This document shows positions 61,602-64,000 of a DNA stretch of 64,000 bases, one piece after another; the stretch's first letter is position 1; the number at the start of each line of letters is the position of its first letter. This stretch comes from the human T2T-CHM13v2.0 reference genome, Homo sapiens. The notes under the pieces were generated by a model, which had not been told where the DNA came from, searched no databases, and was given only the letters and a program-made list of their open reading frames with translations. Made by a program: the position numbers and the translations under genes. The stretch lies in assembly GCF_009914755.1 (NCBI RefSeq), contig NC_060947.1; one strand, given 5' to 3'.

Positions 61602-61750
61602 GGCGGCCGCGGGCCGCGGGCGCGGCGGAGCTTGGCCGGCGGCGGCGGCGGCGGCGAAGGGGAAGCCCCTGTCGCCGTGCTGAGGAAGAGAAGCCGTGGT
61701 GCTGTGGGGAGGACACCCGGCTGGCATAGGGCAGGCTTAGGCGGAGAGGG
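61602..61750 (-). other. AP1S2: AP1S2 exon 1 (5' leader; upstream boundary uncertain)
   Basis: Consensus donor GCCGCC|gtaagt at 61602/61601; splicing to exon 2 yields GCCGCC-ATG. Confidence 0.85.
61638..61655 (-). repeat. (GCC)6 trinucleotide repeat in AP1S2 exon 1
   Basis: (GGC)6 on +. Confidence 0.9.
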
Positions 61751-64000
61751 GAGGGCAAGCTGACAGACCCCGCCCCGGGGGCCGGACGAGGGAGGAGCCG
61801 GGGCTGCGGCGAGCTGAGGGGCGGGCTAGGCGACGCGCGGGAAGCGGCTCAGCGGTCGCCAGCGGCACCGGAGGCAGCGCGGGTAACCGCTGAGTCCAAG
61901 GCAGCCGATTGGAGGTTTCTTCGCTGAGGGGAGGTGCGAACCGGAAGCCGGGCCACGTGACCCGGAAGCGGCGTTTGCCGGGCCCGAGCGCCCGCGCGCC
62001 CGCGCGCTCTTGCAGGTGCCTCCGGGACGCGCGCGGGCGGCTGTCCTGCTTGTTTAATGATAGGAGGACGGGATTCTGCAGCGTCCTTAGCCTAGCGGGT
62101 GGTGCGGGGCAGGGAAGTTCCGGACAGCGAAGAGCCACGTTCGAGCTCTAATGATTCTCTGTGTCCCCAGAGAGGAAGTGTGAAGTGTGACGGCTGACGA
62201 GGAGGGTGGGAGGAGACGAGGGAGTGCTGCAACTCTGGAAAAACAAGTCAGCTCTTCTGTGGAGCTCGTCACGCATTCACGGGCCTTTTGCTATCATTCT
62301 GCCTCAAAATTGTCCGGAATCCGCCCTCTCCTTCCCATTGCACTGCTCCAGCCCTAGCCCAGACACCTTCCGCCCCGAGCTTCGCGGGAGTCTGTTCCCT
62401 GGGCTCGCCTCGCCCATCCTCGGTGCTGCGGACTGGATGAGTTACCGTCCGTTCGGCTGAAAAGCCCGGACAGCACCTCACCTTCGAGATCCCGCTTCCT
62501 TCACACTGGGTCGCCCCACCAGCCGCCTGGGTTCCAGTTTAGCACTGCCGACGACTTGCTGTGCCTGGCATGTCCTTGCTCCCAAATGTCACATCTATGA
62601 AGCCTCACCCTAAAACCCTGTAAGAGCGATTCCCTCTTTCACCCACATGCCCGTTAGCCTTTATTTAGCACACCTTAAATTGTATTCATTTTGCATCTCA
62701 ATCTAGTTCACAGCCTGGTATATAACAACTAATAAATGTGAGTTGACTGATAAAGACTATAAAATGATAAATTTGTTAAGAGCTGTAATGCTGAGCGTAA
62801 TGCCTGGGCATAATGGATGTTCATAATTTTCTGAATGATAGAATGGATGAATCATCTAGTCATTTACAGATAAGGAAAGGGGAGTCCCACGGGATTAGGT
62901 GACCTTCCTTGAAGAGCCACGGGTTTCCCATATCGAAATGCTATTCATTACCCGAGTCACCTAGGTTCTTACAAAGGAAGCGAGAAAATTGCTTTTGTTG
63001 GGCCATGCCCCTTTTGCAGAGGTTCCTAAGTATAGTCGCCAGAATTTTTTTAATGGCCTAAAGTAAAAAAAGAAATGCTAAAATTTTCACGAAGCTAAAT
63101 GTAATCAATGTAAAGGAATCCTTTATTAGGGATTATATTCTTTTTGTGTACATTATAGTATCTATGAAACTAAGACAGTAGTTTTGGGGGCTTTTAAAAA
63201 ATGCTTTTGTATGACAAAACAAAAAGAAATGTGTAATACTTCCCCTTTTCAAGCACTACTGTGCTGCTTGGAAAGTTTCCTACTAACATGTATGATTAAT
63301 GTATACTGGAATATTAAAGAAAGGGGACGACACACGGCACAGAGCTGGCTTTCTGTAGTTCTTTAGGTCCCCCTCGCCCCCACCAGATTTCTCCCTACCT
63401 AGTCATGCCCCAAAGGTGCTTTCGAATGTCCCATTTCTCTCTTACTACAAGAAACAGATGCCATTAACCAGTTAAAAGATAGCTCTAATGCTACACAATG
63501 AAAACTCGCCCTCTGAATCCAAATGCTGCTTTTCTCTTTTTCTGTACAAAACACTTATATCCTGAAGGTTCCTGAGATAGCCACTTCCAAGTTTAAACTC
63601 TGATTATGCTCCTAATGTTGCTCTGAAAATGAGGACGGGAGACTTGCTGATGACATACTGGCAGTCTCCTTTCCTGCTCCTAGCCAAAAAAAGGTGGGGG
63701 TAGGGGTAGGGAGGGGAAGGAATTGTGGGAAAAATAATTAGCAGCTGAAAGCAGCTATTACATAATCTTGGCTGCTTATTAATTTAGCAGAAGGAATGGC
63801 TTATTAAATTCTAATAGCAACAGCACAACTGCAAACAACCTAGCAATTAACAGTGCAGGGCCCATTATTTTGTTAATATGTTCTCTTCTTTTGGCAAGTG
63901 TATGAGAACAAAATTTATAGAAGCAGATGGTCTTTTTCAATAGATTATAGATGGTTTATTCCCTAGTCTTAGTATTAAGTGCTAATTATGCATTCACTGT

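Larger units (their letters stand above)
61120..62480. promoter_or_regulatory. CpG island / AP1S2 promoter
   Basis: Abrupt GC and CpG enrichment; GC boxes at about 61768-61776 and 61817-61825; CCAAT on - at 61908-61912; ETS CCGGAAG at 61941 and 61962; E-box CACGTG at 61954-61959. Confidence 0.93.

Noticed and set aside
61638-61655. CGG/CCG repeat as a fragile-site candidate
   Set aside because: Only six units; no evidence of instability from the sequence
60879-62481. Long overlapping ORFs (118-200 aa) on both strands in the CpG island
   Set aside because: Expected from stop-codon scarcity in GC-rich DNA; only the 42 codons that splice in frame to AP1S2 were kept

Overview
Human-type (primate, Alu-rich) genomic DNA containing two convergent spliced genes, recognisable from their protein sequences as the Xp22 ZRSR2/AP1S2 locus. 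On the + strand are nine coding exons of ZRSR2 (exons 3-11 of the U2AF35-related minor-spliceosome factor; exons 1-2 lie upstream of the window), ending at a stop codon that overlaps its own AATAAA. On the - strand is the complete AP1S2 gene (AP-1 sigma-1B): CpG-island promoter at about 61.1-62.5 kb, four main coding exons giving 157 aa, a 9-nt microexon, and at least two, possibly three, alternative terminal exons in the long last intron. Introns hold about 35-40 Alus, a TIR-bounded Tigger2 and a Tigger4a, MER5/MER20/MER58, L1, L2 and MIR remnants, and a 30-bp G-rich minisatellite. Most ORFs in the supplied track are Alu or chance ORFs. I see no new gene family. The best leads are isoform-level: swappable AP1S2 C-tails that resemble coat-sorting signals (KKxx, YxxPhi, hydrophobic), an in-frame upstream ATG in AP1S2, a dual-frame ZRSR2 last exon, and cryptic U12-type and poison-exon signals inside ZRSR2. 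Repeat family names come from memory of consensus sequences, and repeat boundaries are approximate.
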